From contig CDMY01000336.1 in the NCBI GenBank assembly GCA_001179505.1, positions 186,001 to 250,000 of the forward strand: 64,000 nt of DNA, written 5' to 3'. This stretch comes from Vitrella brassicaformis CCMP3155. Its lineage: Eukaryota; Protista; Chromerida. Below the pieces are notes generated by a model. That model did not search any database, had not been told where the DNA came from, and saw only the letters and a program-made list of their open reading frames with translations. Below, piece by piece: positions 35,301 through 48,278 of this stretch. Both the position numbers and the translations under genes were made by a program. Numbering within the stretch: the first letter of the stretch is position 1; each line of letters starts with the position of its first letter.

Positions 35301-37312
35301 ATGCATTCTGTGGACGAAGGCGACAGCCAGCTGTCTGAGGACCTAAGGGCCTCTGACAGCCGGGCACACATTACCGTCCCGGTGGCATTCGAGCGGTCGA
35401 GGAGAGTCTTCCACCAGAGGGCCACTTTCCAAGCCTTCGCTGCTGGTATTTCATCGCTGGAGGAGATAGCCCCGCTGCTGACGAGCCTCCGGGACGACGA
35501 GCGATTGGCCGATGTGCGGGGGTACTTTCTCGCCTTCCGGGTGAGGGCAAAGCTGTTGCACGATGAGGGAAACAACGCTCGAGACACCCCAGGTATTGCT
35601 CACGGGATGAAATGTACACTGAACAGTGACACAATGCTTTATTGACTTTTCCTTGTGCAGAGTGTGACGCGCTGGGGCCTGAGGGTGGGGAGGAGACAGA
35701 GGTGCTAGAGGGGCAAGAGGATGTCAGCGATGACGATGAGTACTGTGTCAGCGAGCATCTCCTCGACCTCCTTCGCTCGGAATCCCTCGAGGGCATCTTG
35801 CTCGTCGTGGCTCTCACAGACTGGGGCGGCATCGGCAGACTCGGCAACGAAGCGCGTATCATGGCAGTCCAGACGAGCAGGCTGCTGTTACAGGACCTTG
35901 GGCTTGTTGCGCCTCCCCGAGAGCTTCAGCCGCGTCGGCAAGAAGGAGCGATTGTGCCATGGACGGTTCCTTCAGTGTCAAGCGAATTTAAGATGGAACT
36001 GCCCAACAAAGAGTCAATGAGAATGCCGTCTCGTCTCGCGTCTGCCCGGCCGGCGCCTATTAGGCACTTCCCTTTCGACGACATAGAGCGGCCCGCCGAG
36101 GTGCCGCCTGCTAGGGGCAGGGGGGCACAGATGGTCGGACCAAACCATTTTCTCGCCAGCGCCCCCCTGCACGCGCAGCAGGGGCGGAGGACGGCCACGA
36201 TCAACGAGGAGGAGCTTCTCCATCAGCAGCTATTCAGCCGTTTCACCCCGTCTGACGCGCAGGTGTGCCAGAGGGTGTGGGAGGTGAACGAGAAGATCCT
36301 CACCAACCTGTCTCGCGCGGATATTCTCGAGCTGAGGGCCTCTCAGCGGCCTCACCGGTCTGTGCAGAAGGTCCTCTTTGCCGTCGGCATCCTGCAGGGC
36401 GCCTGGCCGCTACAGTGCCCCCCCAACTGGTCTCTCTGTCGGACCACAGTGCTCGCATCGCCCACCCTCCGGATGGAGCTTCTCTTGTTCAACGTGAGCA
36501 AGACCAAGACCGCCCGCGTCGTCAAGGCCCACCGACTGACCAAAGATTTGACCCTCGAGGAAGTGCGACGGATCAGTCCTCCTGTCGGCGTGCTGCTCGA
36601 GTGGGTGCGGGCGATCGTCACGGCACACGCGGGGCTTACGGGCAGCAACAGGAGTGAAAGCCGACGGGAGACGACGGCAGACAAGCGGCAGTTCCTGCAG
36701 CCCAAGCACGCCGTTCTGCGCAGCGAGGGGGCGCGAATGCTTAAAGTGGCTCCCAAGACCCTCGAGCTCAATGTGGAGGAGCCGCCATCGCCCCGCTCGC
36801 CTCCCCGCCTCCCCGTACCGCCTGCGAGCGATGCTGACAGCGTCTCTGTGACAGCGTCCTCCCTCCCATCCCCTATGAGGTCCACAGGGAGCGACAGGGT
36901 ACCGCAGACACAGAGAGGCCGACAGTTCCCTTCGCGAGACAGAAGGCCATCCATCGTGCCTCCTATCGCGTCGTTCCAAGGCCGCGACCCAAGACGGCCT
37001 TTCCCTAGTGTGGCGGCGTCGATTCTCGCTGTCGACCCGCCATACGTGTACAGGCAAACGGGCGGTGCTCTGTACAGGCAAACGGGCGGTGCTCTGAAAG
37101 ACGCAGAAGACGCGGGGGACAAAGAGGGCGGTGACAGGTCGCCCTCGGGTGGGGAGGTGGTTGGCGAGGAGAAGGATGATACCGCCACGACAAGGATGCT
37201 GCGGTCGATCGTGCAGCATTTTAGTGAACGGCGGCTGCATCTCGAGGCCACCATGGAGGGGATCAAAAACGATATGCGCGAGATGACATCGGAAGATAGA
37301 CATGCCGACTGA
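35301..37312 (+). CDS. IMPACT/UPF0029(YigZ)-like domain fused to a dynein heavy-chain stalk/microtubule-binding-like domain
   Basis: Exon 1: RATFQAFAAGISSLEEIAPLLTSL...GYFLAFRV. Exon 2: EDVSDDDEYCVSEHLLDLLRSESLEGILLVVALTDWGGIGRLG (UPF0029 pattern). Later: LTNLSRADILELRASQRPHRSVQKVLFAVGILQG...W...DLTLEEVRRISPPVGVLLEWVRAI (dynein MT stalk pattern). One intron at ~35593-35660. Confidence 0.7.
37047..37094 (+). repeat. Perfect 24-bp tandem duplication in coding sequence (YRQTGGAL x2)
   Basis: tgtacaggcaaacgggcggtgctc occurs twice in tandem, in frame. Confidence 0.95.
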
Positions 37313-37617
37313 AAGACGCCTAGATGTCGTTCGGTGCAGCAGCATGTATGTGTCATGAGACAGTGCCGTGAGGGGGGGAGGAGGGGGGTGAATGTGTGCT
37401 GGCTTGCATTGCTTTGTAGCAGATTTGTGGCCAATTGGTGGACGGCAAATCATTGCTTACGATTGTCCATGTACACATCAACAAGTGTGTTGTCTCTCGA
37501 CCCGACCGAGTTGAATGAATGCCTCCACGCATCAACCAGCACCCAAATCAGACCATGGCTCTCATGACCGCCAACAAGAGACACGTCAACACCCATTGCA
37601 ACTACCCGTCATCCCTA

Positions 37618-40291
37618 TCACCTCCCCTGCACGGCCATGCCCATCCGGAGGGCCTCGATCTTCTGGTTCAGCTGTTTCTGCATCTCCACGAACCTCGACA
37701 AATCAGGGTCCTCACCCATTTCCCCCGTAGGCGCCGAGCTTCCCTGCACAACCACGTCTGAGTCGCTGGTGCCCCTTCTCAGCCCCACATTATTGTTGAC
37801 ACTCATGCGCAACCGCGGCCGCACGACATCTACCGGGGCCTCACTCGCGGGCGGCACGGACGATGCAGTGGTGGATGTGCGGGCTGCCGGAACCGACGTG
37901 GGAATATCGGCCTTGCATTCCACCGGCCGCTCCACACTCGCCTGGCCTTGCTCCAGCTCGTCGGCACGAGACACCGCCACTGCCTTGGCTCCCCCGTCAG
38001 CGCCACCCCAGCTCTCGTAAAGCGGTACTTGCTCGAAGGATACAGAGAGGTCAAATCCCACGTCATGTGCAGCCTTTGGTTGAGGCGCCGACAACAGTCT
38101 GGGCGGCATGTCCTGCCACTGGCGGGCCGGTGGCGGAGGCGGTGGTGGTGGTGGTGGGGGTGGCGAGGGAGAAGGAGAGGGCCATGGGGAGGGCGAGGGG
38201 CTCCTTTCTTGCTGGCAGGATGACCGCAGCTGCACCAGGTGGTTCTTCAACGCTGCATTAAACGATACAAAGAGGAATAGGTGTCTGTCATGAGGAAAGC
38301 ACGGTCTCCCATGTGTGGTCTGGTATGTTCCCGCCACTCACCTTTGTTTGATGCGCAATAACGACGGAGGACGTGTTGCCTACAGATCGACCCCACGGCA
38401 AGCCAGTCACATGATAGCACTGAGAGCACGCGTCTTCTCGCCTACGTGTTTCGCTCCTCACGCATAAGCCGTGTCGTGAGAGACTCAATCGTGGCACCAA
38501 TCAGTTCACGCTGGCAGGAACAGAAAGAAACGCCAAATACGCTCGATGGCTGCAAAAGAAATGCAGCCTTCGCCTTGACTGCCTCCCTCACCTGCCGATA
38601 GATGTGCTGCAGAAGGCTGGGCGCGCCGACGTGGAGGCCATCTCCCACCCCCTGCAGCACGCAGTGGCCACACGGATGACACATCGAGACACCCATCGAT
38701 GGCTGCCTGTCGTCTGATGGTGCGTGCATACGTCAGCAGGATTGCCAGCCGTGTGCTCAATCAAATCCATCAACACATCCAGCTGCAGCGAACTGACCGA
38801 CACACACACACACACACACACACGAGGAAAGCAGCACTCTTCATTCTGCCGTCGCATCTCGTTCGTGTCTGCTCACAGCGAGTCGAGATCTACGAGCATA
38901 CTGGGCTGCGGCACACCGATCTCAACCGCCTCTTCCCCGCGCCCGTCACACTCCACCGACCCCCTCAAGTCACGTTCTCCCGTCAGCCGCAGGAAGTGTC
39001 TCCTCCTCTCGTGATAGATCTTCTGCTCCTCCTCAGTCAGCCGCAGGTGGTGGCTGGTGGCCGGAGATGAGAGGAACGACGCACCGCGCCGGGCAGGGAT
39101 AAACGACGACGACGCGCGAGACTCGACGTCTGAGCGATCGATGGTATGTGGGGGATGGGGTTGCTGGATGTCGGAGCGATAAGTGGAGGTGGGGGGATGT
39201 TGGGGCTGGAACGGTCGGCGCTTGGCTGCTTGTTGCGGCCTGAACGCATGACAACAAACATCCCAACGGACTCTGGGGCCACTCGCCGCACCCCACTGAC
39301 CGTACCGTCTCTGTCTGAAGTTGTTCCACCATCTTTTAGAGTAGTAGGTGGACCCTCCCCGCCTCTCCACAGCCCTCCCGTCCTTCTCACCCCCCCTCTT
39401 GAAGTGAGGGTCCCACGCAGGCGTCGCTGCCCCCTCAACTGAATCGCCGGCGTCAACCCCGTTCTTAGTTGACGTATTGTGACCGTTGTCAGCCCATCTC
39501 GACCGCTCCAGTGGTGCGTGTGCCGCCGACATGTCCATGTGTGGCACAGGTGGGGGAGACGGGTGATCGGACGGTGGTGAGCGATCGGCTGGCGGCGGCA
39601 GGGCTTCTGGGGGGGAGTGGCTGTGGATAGATGGGGGAGGGACGGGACGAGACACAGAGGCAGCTGCAGCGCTGAATGATTAATCACAAAAAGAACACAC
39701 CGCGTTTCATGTCTCACGTCATAGCTGATGGATGGTGTGCACCTACTTGCGATTCTGATGCTGCTGTGAAGGCTGTGAGACCGTCAAGAAAGCCCCAGGT
39801 GGGTAGAGGTTTGGTGCCGATGGCGTCGGCAGCGCTTCAGTGTTCTTGCCGCCCCTCACCCTCACCACACGTCTCTCGTCCTTGCCAGCAGGACTCATAT
39901 GCAGTGGCGATGCCACCCCAGCGCCGCCCCTCTGCCGCCTCCACACATTCTCCTGCGGCACTTTGTCGTCCTGTCTGCCCCAGGCCCTCCTCCGACACGC
40001 CACAGTGGGGTCAGCCGACGACGGCCTCACCAGATTGCTGGCCGGTGATGTTTGAGCTGAGACGCCCACACATGTGCTGGGAGGCCGGAGGGCGTCGAGA
40101 GAAGCCACCGATGCCGTCATTTCGGCAGGCGCATTCATCGCTGATTCAGTCGCAGGCTGCCCGGGGTGGACGAGCCGTCGGGCTGAGACGGGGGAGGGGC
40201 TGTCCTGGTCGGTGACATCGATGCACAGGCGGAGAGCTGAGGCGCCTCGGCTCATTTGCAGTGTCAGCAAGCAGCTACGGGCAAGCAGCAA
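37618..40291 (-). CDS. Multi-exon hypothetical protein, Pro/Ser-rich
   Basis: Long minus-strand ORFs 39743..40291, 38873..39655 and 37618..38337 are linked by GT-AG introns and small exons (LQLDVLMDLIEHTAGNPAD; LLQHIYRQVREAVKAKAAFLL). No recognisable family. Confidence 0.55.
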
Positions 40292-40606
40292 GAAAGCCTA
40301 GGCGCCCTCAGGGAAGACGCTTGTTCAGCGAAGACCGCTGATGGTTCTTCACGTCTTCGCACAGAACCAGCGAAAGAAAACCTTAATTCAGAGATAGGCT
40401 CAGCCCTCTCAGCCCTCTTCGCGCCTTTTCCTCCTTCCGGTTTGCGAGCTTTTCAAGTCCGCGATCCAACCAAAGGCCTCGGGGACAGATCCGTCGCCAC
40501 GCGCGGACATACAAGACGCCAGCTCCAGTCCCGTTGGCGTGGTTTTTCTTCCATCTATCCTGTTTGCAAGCCCTGGTCCGCTGAGGCCTCTGTGGGAGAA
40601 GCCGGG

Positions 40607-43600
40607 ATGAGCGACGTCCGTTCCACCCTGCCAGCACCCCTGCAGGCCCAGCTCAACGTCGAGATAGCCCTGTTCGAAACGGTGAGCGCACGGGCCACAC
40701 ATAGAGAGGCCAGCCACCTGCAGGGAGAGGCAGAGAGAGAGAGGCACCGAGTGACTCATGGCTGGATGCGCCGACACGCGTCACACGACGGGGTCAGTAC
40801 AGATGGATGCACTCGTGGCTCTTTGTGTTGTGTGTCCGGGGCTGGGATGGGTGTGGGTGCGTGAGTCAGAATGGCGGCAAGACTCTGCCTCACCGGCTGT
40901 GGGCCAAGTGCTTGGACTTCCTGGAGTTTGAGGACCTCGTCAGAGCGGTGGGCAGGGCAGGGCAGGCGGGATGCACTCGACCAGAGAATGGGCAGCGTCA
41001 TGTGATGTGGATGAATGAACTGATTGGTTCATGTGTGAACACAGGCAAGATCTAGCCTCCTGCTGACGTATGCCGGTAGGTGTGTTTGTGAAACGACAGA
41101 CAAATGGCTGGCTGGCTGGCTGGCTGGCTGGTGCGGTTTGTCCGTCCATGGCATGATTGACCTTCCTGTTTGTTGTGTTTGTGTGTCAATGCAGTGTGGG
41201 ACGCCAAGGGCGGTGCCTACTCATCTGCCGTCCTGTGGCTCAACAAACTCAAAGACAATCCGTCAAGGCTGCCATTCACCACACTCGCCATCGCCGTAAG
41301 ATATACAACGCGCGTATTGTACACATGAGTGCCTTCTCTCGTACCTGGCCTCCGTGTGTGCAGCGTCCCTTGGGTGACGCGACCAGTCCCTCGTCGGCTC
41401 TGGCCGTGCCCTCGATTGCTGTCAAGAGGCCGCCGGAGGAGATGGGCGGGGCGGTGGACGACGAGACGGCCGCCAAGAAGGCCAAAGGTGGAGAGGCACC
41501 CATGGACATCGATATAGGTACACACACATCATCATTTCACCTGAGTCATGGATACCACCCACTTCTCAATCTGTCCGTGGGTGTGAAGACCGACCTGATT
41601 CGATGCCCCCACCGCCCTCCATCCCCGCGGCTGCAGCTGCAGCAGCTGCAGCGGCCGCCGCCTCATCCATCCCTTCGCTGTACGGCCCCACGTCCAAGGT
41701 GGGTCTGTCGCAGCCCGCCACCCCCCTGGTGCAGCTGCCGGGCGAGGCGCCTTGGTCGCGGGACAACGGTGTGGTGCGGGAGCGGGAGATACCGTCGCCG
41801 CTGACGTCGTTTCGCGTCAACCACATGGACAACGAGGGGCGGCCCGTCACCGCACTGGGCATGCGGGACCATCCTGGGCTTCTCCTCGCAGCAACCAACA
41901 CAGGTTAGCTCGGTGCTGATGGAAAGAGAGCAGAGCAGAGCAGAGCCGAGCCGAGCAGCGGTGTGTTGGTGTTATGGCAGGTGACGTCGTGGCGTTGACG
42001 ACCCGCAGTGCTCCCAAGGCCAAGGGCGGCCCGACCAAGGGCGGCTCCAAGAAGAAGGCTAGCAACGACGTGGCCAAGTGCCCGCCAGCGATCAACCTGC
42101 GGGTCGAGGGCTACTGGCCCCAGCTGCACCAAGGTCAGCCTGCCAGTCGCAGATTTGCTGCTTACTGCACTCACTGCCTCTTTCTTTGTATGGATATCTG
42201 TCTTTTGTGTTTGATGCGATCGATGCCTATGTAATGTCTAGGCCGTGTGAGGAGTCTGCAGGTGCAGTGGGGCATGGCGGTGACGGGCGGAGACGACGGA
42301 CGGATTCGGTGCGTGCGGCATATACAGACAGACACACTTATGGATGTCCGTTCATCCGTCCGTCCATCAATGGGTTTTTTCTTTCCATTCCTCCCTCAGG
42401 ATATGGGAGCTGCCCAGCAACGATGATGAGTGGTCGTCACTCAAGTGCGTCCCTGCCGAGCATCCCACCACCAATGGCGTCATGGCCTCATCTCAGGGCG
42501 GCGGCAGCACTGGGGTGGGCGGCGACCTCGCTCCACCCATGCTCAGCAAGCCGCAGCGGTCGCGCACTCTCATGGTGGCTCACAACAAGAGCGTCTCACA
42601 GGCATACCTGTCAAGGTCAGTCAGTCAATGTGACTGACACGATGATTGACGCACTTGTTCGCCACGCCACAGCGCTGATGCACTCATATCTGGTGTCTGT
42701 CTGTCTGTCTGTGTGTGTGTCTCTTCCAGCAGCTCGCGTGTGTATCTGACGTGGAGTTGGCAGCACGTCCCCAGGAGGGGCATTTTCGACCTGCACGACC
42801 CGCTGCTCGCCGGACACCTGGCCGCTCTCGACGTGCCGACCAGGAAACTGCTGTTCAACACACAGGTGAACAAACAGGATAATGCCCCTGCCCAACCCAA
42901 ACCAGCCGCTATCGTGCTGTGTCCCGCGTGCAGGCGCACAAGGGTGAGGCGACGTCGATGGTGGTGTGCGATGGGCTGGAGGGCGGACCCACCGCGTGGA
43001 CCGGAGGAATGGTCAGGAACCGACACACTCTGTGGATGGATGGATGGCTGCACATGTATGTGTCTTCCTGCTTGCTTACCCGTGGTGCTTCGTCTATCGC
43101 TGGCTACAGGATGGTTTGGTCAAGGCCTGGGACGTCCGCGCCGGCACGGAGCCTCAACTCATCGCCGAAGTCCCTGCTGGTTTGTCTGCTCATCCACACC
43201 ACACGCAAGATACATCGCGCCGGCCTTCCTGCAATGTCTGTCTGTCTGTCTGCCTGTCTGACTGTCTGCCTGTCTGCCTGTCTGCCTGTCTGCCTGTCTG
43301 CCTGTCTGCCTGTCTGCCTGTCTGCCTGTCTGTTGATGCAGGTCCCCGTTGGGCGTGTGGCGTGTTGAGCTTCTGCCGTGGGTCTGAGCGGCTCCCATGG
43401 CGGGTCTTCGCATCCACCGACGACGGCAAAATACACTGCTTCGATACCAGAAGAAGTAAGGCCCTTGACACACCGACCACACACACACTGACATGAACGG
43501 CAGCTTCCATGGAGTGTGAGTGTTCGTGTGTTGTGCCTGGGGCGTCAGGTGGTCGGTGTGAGTTCACTCTCGAGGCGCCCAAGACGGCCCGCAGACGCGT

Positions 43601-44220
43601 CACGAGGTTCATTGACTGACACATTGGTACCAACACACATGGAACCGTGTGTGTGTATGCTATGTCCGACCGGCAGACACATCCAGGTGCCGAGCATCCG
43701 CATGAACGGCCCCTTCATCGCCGCATCCTCATACCAGGGGGGACCCCCCTCCAGACCTGTCGCGCCACAGGTCAGCCAGCCACCGGATCCATCCATATCG
43801 TCCTTCGAGTCAACATGTGTGTGTGGGTCGATCGATGTCTCTGGTAAGTTGGATTTCTGGAACGTGGCCGAGTACGGCAGCCCGAAGCACGTGTGCAGCC
43901 AGTCGCTGGGCGAGGGGCGGCCGGGGCCCATCGAATGGAGGGGACGATTCCTGGTCAGCCAACATGCACACACAACACACAGACGGCTTCAACTGTGTAC
44001 GCGATGCGCGTGTTCTTGATGTGATGTGGTGTGTGTGTGTGTGCAGTCCATGTCGATGCTGAGCCCGCCTCGATTTGGTGGCGGCCACCTGGTCAGCCAC
44101 CCCACACATGACACATGTGCTCTGCTCGTGCGTGTGTGTCCACGTGTGTGTGTTTGTGTGAATGTGTGTGTTCAGATGTTCATGGATTTGTCCCAGGGCC
44201 CCTCCCCGGCCATACAGTGA
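40607..44220 (+). CDS. F-box-like + WD40-repeat protein
   Basis: N-terminal LPHRLWAKCLDFLEFEDLVRA (F-box-like). WD-type exons DGLVKAWDVRAG, VFASTDDGKIHCFDTRR and SGKLDFWNVAE. Many small exons; the C-terminal end is approximate. Confidence 0.6.
43235..43332 (+). repeat. Intronic (CTGT/CTGC) 8-mer microsatellite array
   Basis: ctgtctgc-type units repeated about 12 times inside an intron of the WD40 gene. Confidence 0.9.
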
Positions 44221-45208
44221 CTCAAGAGACATGCAGAATTCATCGAGATGGTATGGTAGCAGGCCTGCTAGCTTGTCCCACGGTTGCTTGGTGCTCTTGG
44301 CTCGATGTCTGAGTTCTGCTTATGCTTAAGGGAGGGAGGGAGGGAGGGAGGGGTGGTGGGGTACCGACTCGTAATCTTCTCTACCAGTGGGTGAAATGAG
44401 TTGGTTTGAATGAATGCGCGTATGTCTGTCGGCCGGTACTGCTGTACATTCATTAGTCAATCAGTCAGTCAGGGTTCCGCATACACACCATCCATCCATC
44501 CATCGACTCAGTCAGCCACATCCACGTCGGCGAGTCACTTAATTCACAGACACACACACATAAGCAGTCAGCCACACCGCACCGCACCGCTCACACCATG
44601 CATCGCATCGCATCCGATCCCATCCATGTGATGTGATGCGTCCATGCTACACCTACACCCACCTAAGTCCTCACAATCCCTGGCTGGCAGAACGTAGCGC
44701 ACACGGGGCCACTACGGACCGCCACACCAACACAACCGACCGGCCAAATGCCAATGCACAACAGCCAGAGAGAGTCAGGCACTCAGTCAGACAGCGAGGG
44801 AGCCATTCAGTGAGAGAGTCGGTAGTGCCTGTGTGTGTGTGTGTGTCTGTGTGTGTGTGTGAGCATTCAGAAGAACGGCCCGCTGCTGCAGTGGGGCTTG
44901 GTGCTTCCAGGCTGCAGGAAGGCGCAGCCAGACCTGAACAACAACCCACGCCATACACGCACACAAAGGCAAGGGCCGGCCGATTTGTCCCATATCCACA
45001 CACACACACACGTCCATCAATAGCACCACCAGTACCTATTGGCATATTCGTTTCTGTTGGGCGGTGCCTGTGAGAAGGGAATGGGGCGGCCGGCGTGAAA
45101 CGACCCCATGGGCTGCAGAGGGGAAACCACTCGGCAACCTACACAGCACACACCACATCACACACAACACACACGCCACTCTATCTATCCGTCCGTGCGG
45201 CAGATACG

Positions 45209-46357
45209 CTATTTACCAGCGGGTCTGAGTCCGCGGCCGACAGCCTTTCTAAAGTGCCCCCACTCCTGCCCCTTCACCCCCGTCCCCGTAGCCTCTCCAT
45301 ACATGCCCGCGTGATACGGCTCCACACCCACACCACCTGCACATGCACCTGCACCGCCCGCAGATGGCAATGTACCTGTACCGCCACCACCACGGGCTGC
45401 AGCAGCCCCCGCCATGCGCACACCAGCCGATCCGACGACGGCCTGCGCTCTCGTCATGACCCCCTGCCCCTCCCCCTCGCCCTTCTCCTGCATGGCCCTG
45501 GCCAACACCGCCAGAATATCGTCAGCGCGGCGCGGTGCAGGCCTCACAGACGCACCCGCACCCGTCTGTGCCGCACCCTTGGACGCGCTCAGGGAGTCGT
45601 TCCGGATGATGGTAGTGATGGGGGTAGGGGGCGTGTGTGTGCCGGTGGTCGTGTTGTTCTTGCTCAGCTGTGAGAAGGCGTGCCGGAAGAGGCCGCCGCC
45701 GCCGCGAGTGGGCGAGGTGGCGGGGAAACCGCCATCCACGCGCTTCTTGGCTGTGCTGATGGGTGTGTTGGTCTTGGGGATATTGGTGTTGGGGATATTG
45801 GTGATGGTGGTCTTGGGTATCGTGCAGCCACCCTCGGCTGGCTTGGGCCAGCCCTCCGTGTCATGGTGACGGTGCCAGATGCTGGCGCGGTTGAAGGGGT
45901 GCTTGGGCAGCATCTCAAACACCAACAGCACACCGTCCTCAGCCACATCACTGCCATCATCGCTATCGCCATCGCCCTTGCCCTTGCCGCTCACCCCACC
46001 CCCTCCCTCCTTCAGCTGCACCGCACCCACTCCACCTCCACCTCCACCCTTGCCCGTCAGGCCGTCACGCCCCACCCCCAGCGGATCCGCGAACGACGCA
46101 GAGAAGAGGGTCACGGTCGGAGCGATGCCGCGCTGCTTGAGGTCTGGTGTGCTGGTCTTGTCTGTAGTGGTGCTGGACGGTCCGACAGCTGCTACTGAAC
46201 TGCAGGGGCTCTTGGGCGGCGATGCGGTGGACGAGTCGGAGTGGGTGCTCGAAGGGTGGTGGGGCAGGGGGAGGGCGGAAGTGCTCGTGAGAGACGCAAC
46301 AGACTCTATAGAGGCCTTGTCGTCGTCGAAAGCCGTGCATGCCGCCATGGCTACCAA
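45209..46357 (-). CDS. Low-complexity Ser/Pro/Gly-rich hypothetical protein
   Basis: 382-aa ORF without microsatellite-derived translation, arranged head-to-head with the next gene. No family motif is recognised and the 3' end may be spliced further. Confidence 0.45.
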   Translation of the reverse strand: MVAMAACTAFDDDKASIESVASLTSTSALPLPHHPSSTHSDSSTASPPKSPCSSVAAVGPSSTTTDKTSTPDLKQRGIAPTVTLFSASFADPLGVGRDGLTGKGGGGGGVGAVQLKEGGGGVSGKGKGDGDSDDGSDVAEDGVLLVFEMLPKHPFNRASIWHRHHDTEGWPKPAEGGCTIPKTTITNIPNTNIPKTNTPISTAKKRVDGGFPATSPTRGGGGLFRHAFSQLSKNNTTTGTHTPPTPITTIIRNDSLSASKGAAQTGAGASVRPAPRRADDILAVLARAMQEKGEGEGQGVMTRAQAVVGSAGVRMAGAAAARGGGGTGTLPSAGGAGACAGGVGVEPYHAGMYGEATGTGVKGQEWGHFRKAVGRGLRPAGK

Positions 46358-46745
46358 CGATAAGTCTTCAGGTCAATGTGATGGAGGCCGATGCGGTCAG
46401 GACTCAACGATTAGAGGTGATCTCCTTCAGTCTTGGACACAACGAACAACGTGCCGGGCCTCGAAGCGTCGGTCTGCAGAAGGAAGGCCCAACAACTGAC
46501 ACAGACAACGCTGATGGTCCTTCCTCGAACCGATGCGAAATCTATATTTCTGTATCCCTCGTCACTGCAGAGGGGATAGGCGCCTAGAGCTATACCGCTG
46601 CGAGACCCCCTTTTCTCCGTTTGCCTTTCCCTTTTTTGGCGGATCGGGGTTTTTGGCTTAGAGCTCGCGTCCGAGCTCGAGCCGTGAAACTAACAGAAGC
46701 AGTGGTGGGGAAAGACGAACGCGGGATTGTCCTGCGTGTCTGTCT

Positions 46746-48278
46746 ATGAGACGAGCGATTCCACCATGTGATGACCCTGGGCGTCGTTTCGTTTCGGGGA
46801 GGCGCAGACGGCGGTTTTTCTTTTCTTTTTGGTCTTCACCCTCATTCATGGGCATCGCCACTGTCCTGCTGGCGGGATTGTTTGCGCGCAAGGTCATGGC
46901 CGTCACACCAAGGGACACGCCACACAGGGGTAGGCAAAGCAGCGCTCACACTCACTCAGAGGCACCTGGCTGGCTGAGTGTGGTGAAGTGAAGTGAATGG
47001 TTGAGTCTGTGTGTCTGCTGTTTGTTCTGTTCTGTTGGTGCAGGGGAGGGGCGAAGCGTCTCAGCGCCTCCACGCCGGACCAGCGATGTGTTCTCTGCTC
47101 GTTCATCGTCGTCTCGGCGGCGGACGGCGCAGATGCAGTCGCTAGACGCACCTGCCGAGAGCCGAACACACGTGGCCGGAAGACACACTCACGCCAAACC
47201 GGACTTCAGCGGCAAGGTCGGTGCCTGGCCTTCGGGATGCGTTGGTCGTGCTGCGTCAGTGTGTGTGTGTGTGTGTGTTGGTTGCAGTGGCGTCTGGTTC
47301 GCAACGAGGGGCTGGAGGACTTCCTGCGTGCGCAGGGCTACAGCTCGCTCAAGATCCGCCTGGCCCGCGCCATCACTCCGGTGCAGGTGATCCGCCAGGA
47401 CGGCTCGCGGATCCTGATAGAGCACCACACGACCTACGGTCGGCAGCTGGAGGCCATGAGCATCGGGGGCCCGCCCTCGACCAACAAGGGACACGACGGC
47501 AAAGTCACATTCGACACGGCCAGATGGGACGGACACAAGTAAATTAACAGATCCCATTCTGATTCGTTCGTCGAAATAGCCATCCGTTGTGAATGCCTTG
47601 TGTGGTGCTCTGCTCGGTTGTCTGTCTGTCTGTACGTGGGTGTAGGTTGTTCATGGAGCGTCGCTATGGGCATCACGGTGCCCCGACGGCCCTCACAGCT
47701 CTCCGGCAGCTCTCACACGACGGCAGACACATGACAGTGGTAAGTAAGAAGCAAACAAGACACAGTTCACTTGATGGCCAGCCATCCACCCACACGTCAT
47801 ACGTGTCGCTGCTGGCTGTCTGTCTGCCCGTCTGCCTCAGCGTCTGACCACGGCAAGTGGCGCAGAGATGCGGCGCGTCTTCCAGCGTGACGTCCGCTTG
47901 CCACACCCCCCCTCCCCCTCCCCCCACCACCAGCACCCCTCCCTCCTCACCAACGTCAGCTCGTCATGCGGCGTCGCCCCGCCGCAAACGTACGGGCGCT
48001 TCTTCCCCCAGGACCTCCCGCTGCCCCGATTCCCCTTCGAGCACACGCACAATTCGCGGCAGCCTTCGGCGGCAACAGCCTGCTCGTCATCGCAACAGGC
48101 AGATAGCAGCAGCAGCAGCAGCCCCTCTATTACAGCCGTCTGGGACAGACTCGTGAGAGGGTTCACCGGCGGGTCACCCCAGCTGGCCGCAAACGGCCCA
48201 TTCTCGGCGTTCCAGCAGTGGCGGCGAGATGGCGGGCAGTTTGCTCACATGTGGGGGCAGGCGAGGGCGGCCAGCTAA
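46746..48278 (+). CDS. Fatty-acid-binding protein (FABP/calycin)-like protein with N-terminal hydrophobic + Ser/Arg-rich leader and C-terminal extension
   Basis: Spliced core KPDFSGK|WRLVRNEGLEDFLRAQGYSSLKIRLARAITPVQVIRQDG...ARWDGHK|LFMER...RQLSHDGRHMTV|RLTTASGAEMRRVFQR matches the FABP pattern (FSGxW.L..SE.F..FL...G...P...I.QDG...R.F.R). Alternative start at 46848. Confidence 0.75.

Noticed and set aside
43190-43496. Regularly repeated units that might suggest a CRISPR array or repeat protein (RQADRQTG / LSACLPVC)
   Set aside because: Simple intronic microsatellite without unique spacers; eukaryotic context and no cas genes.
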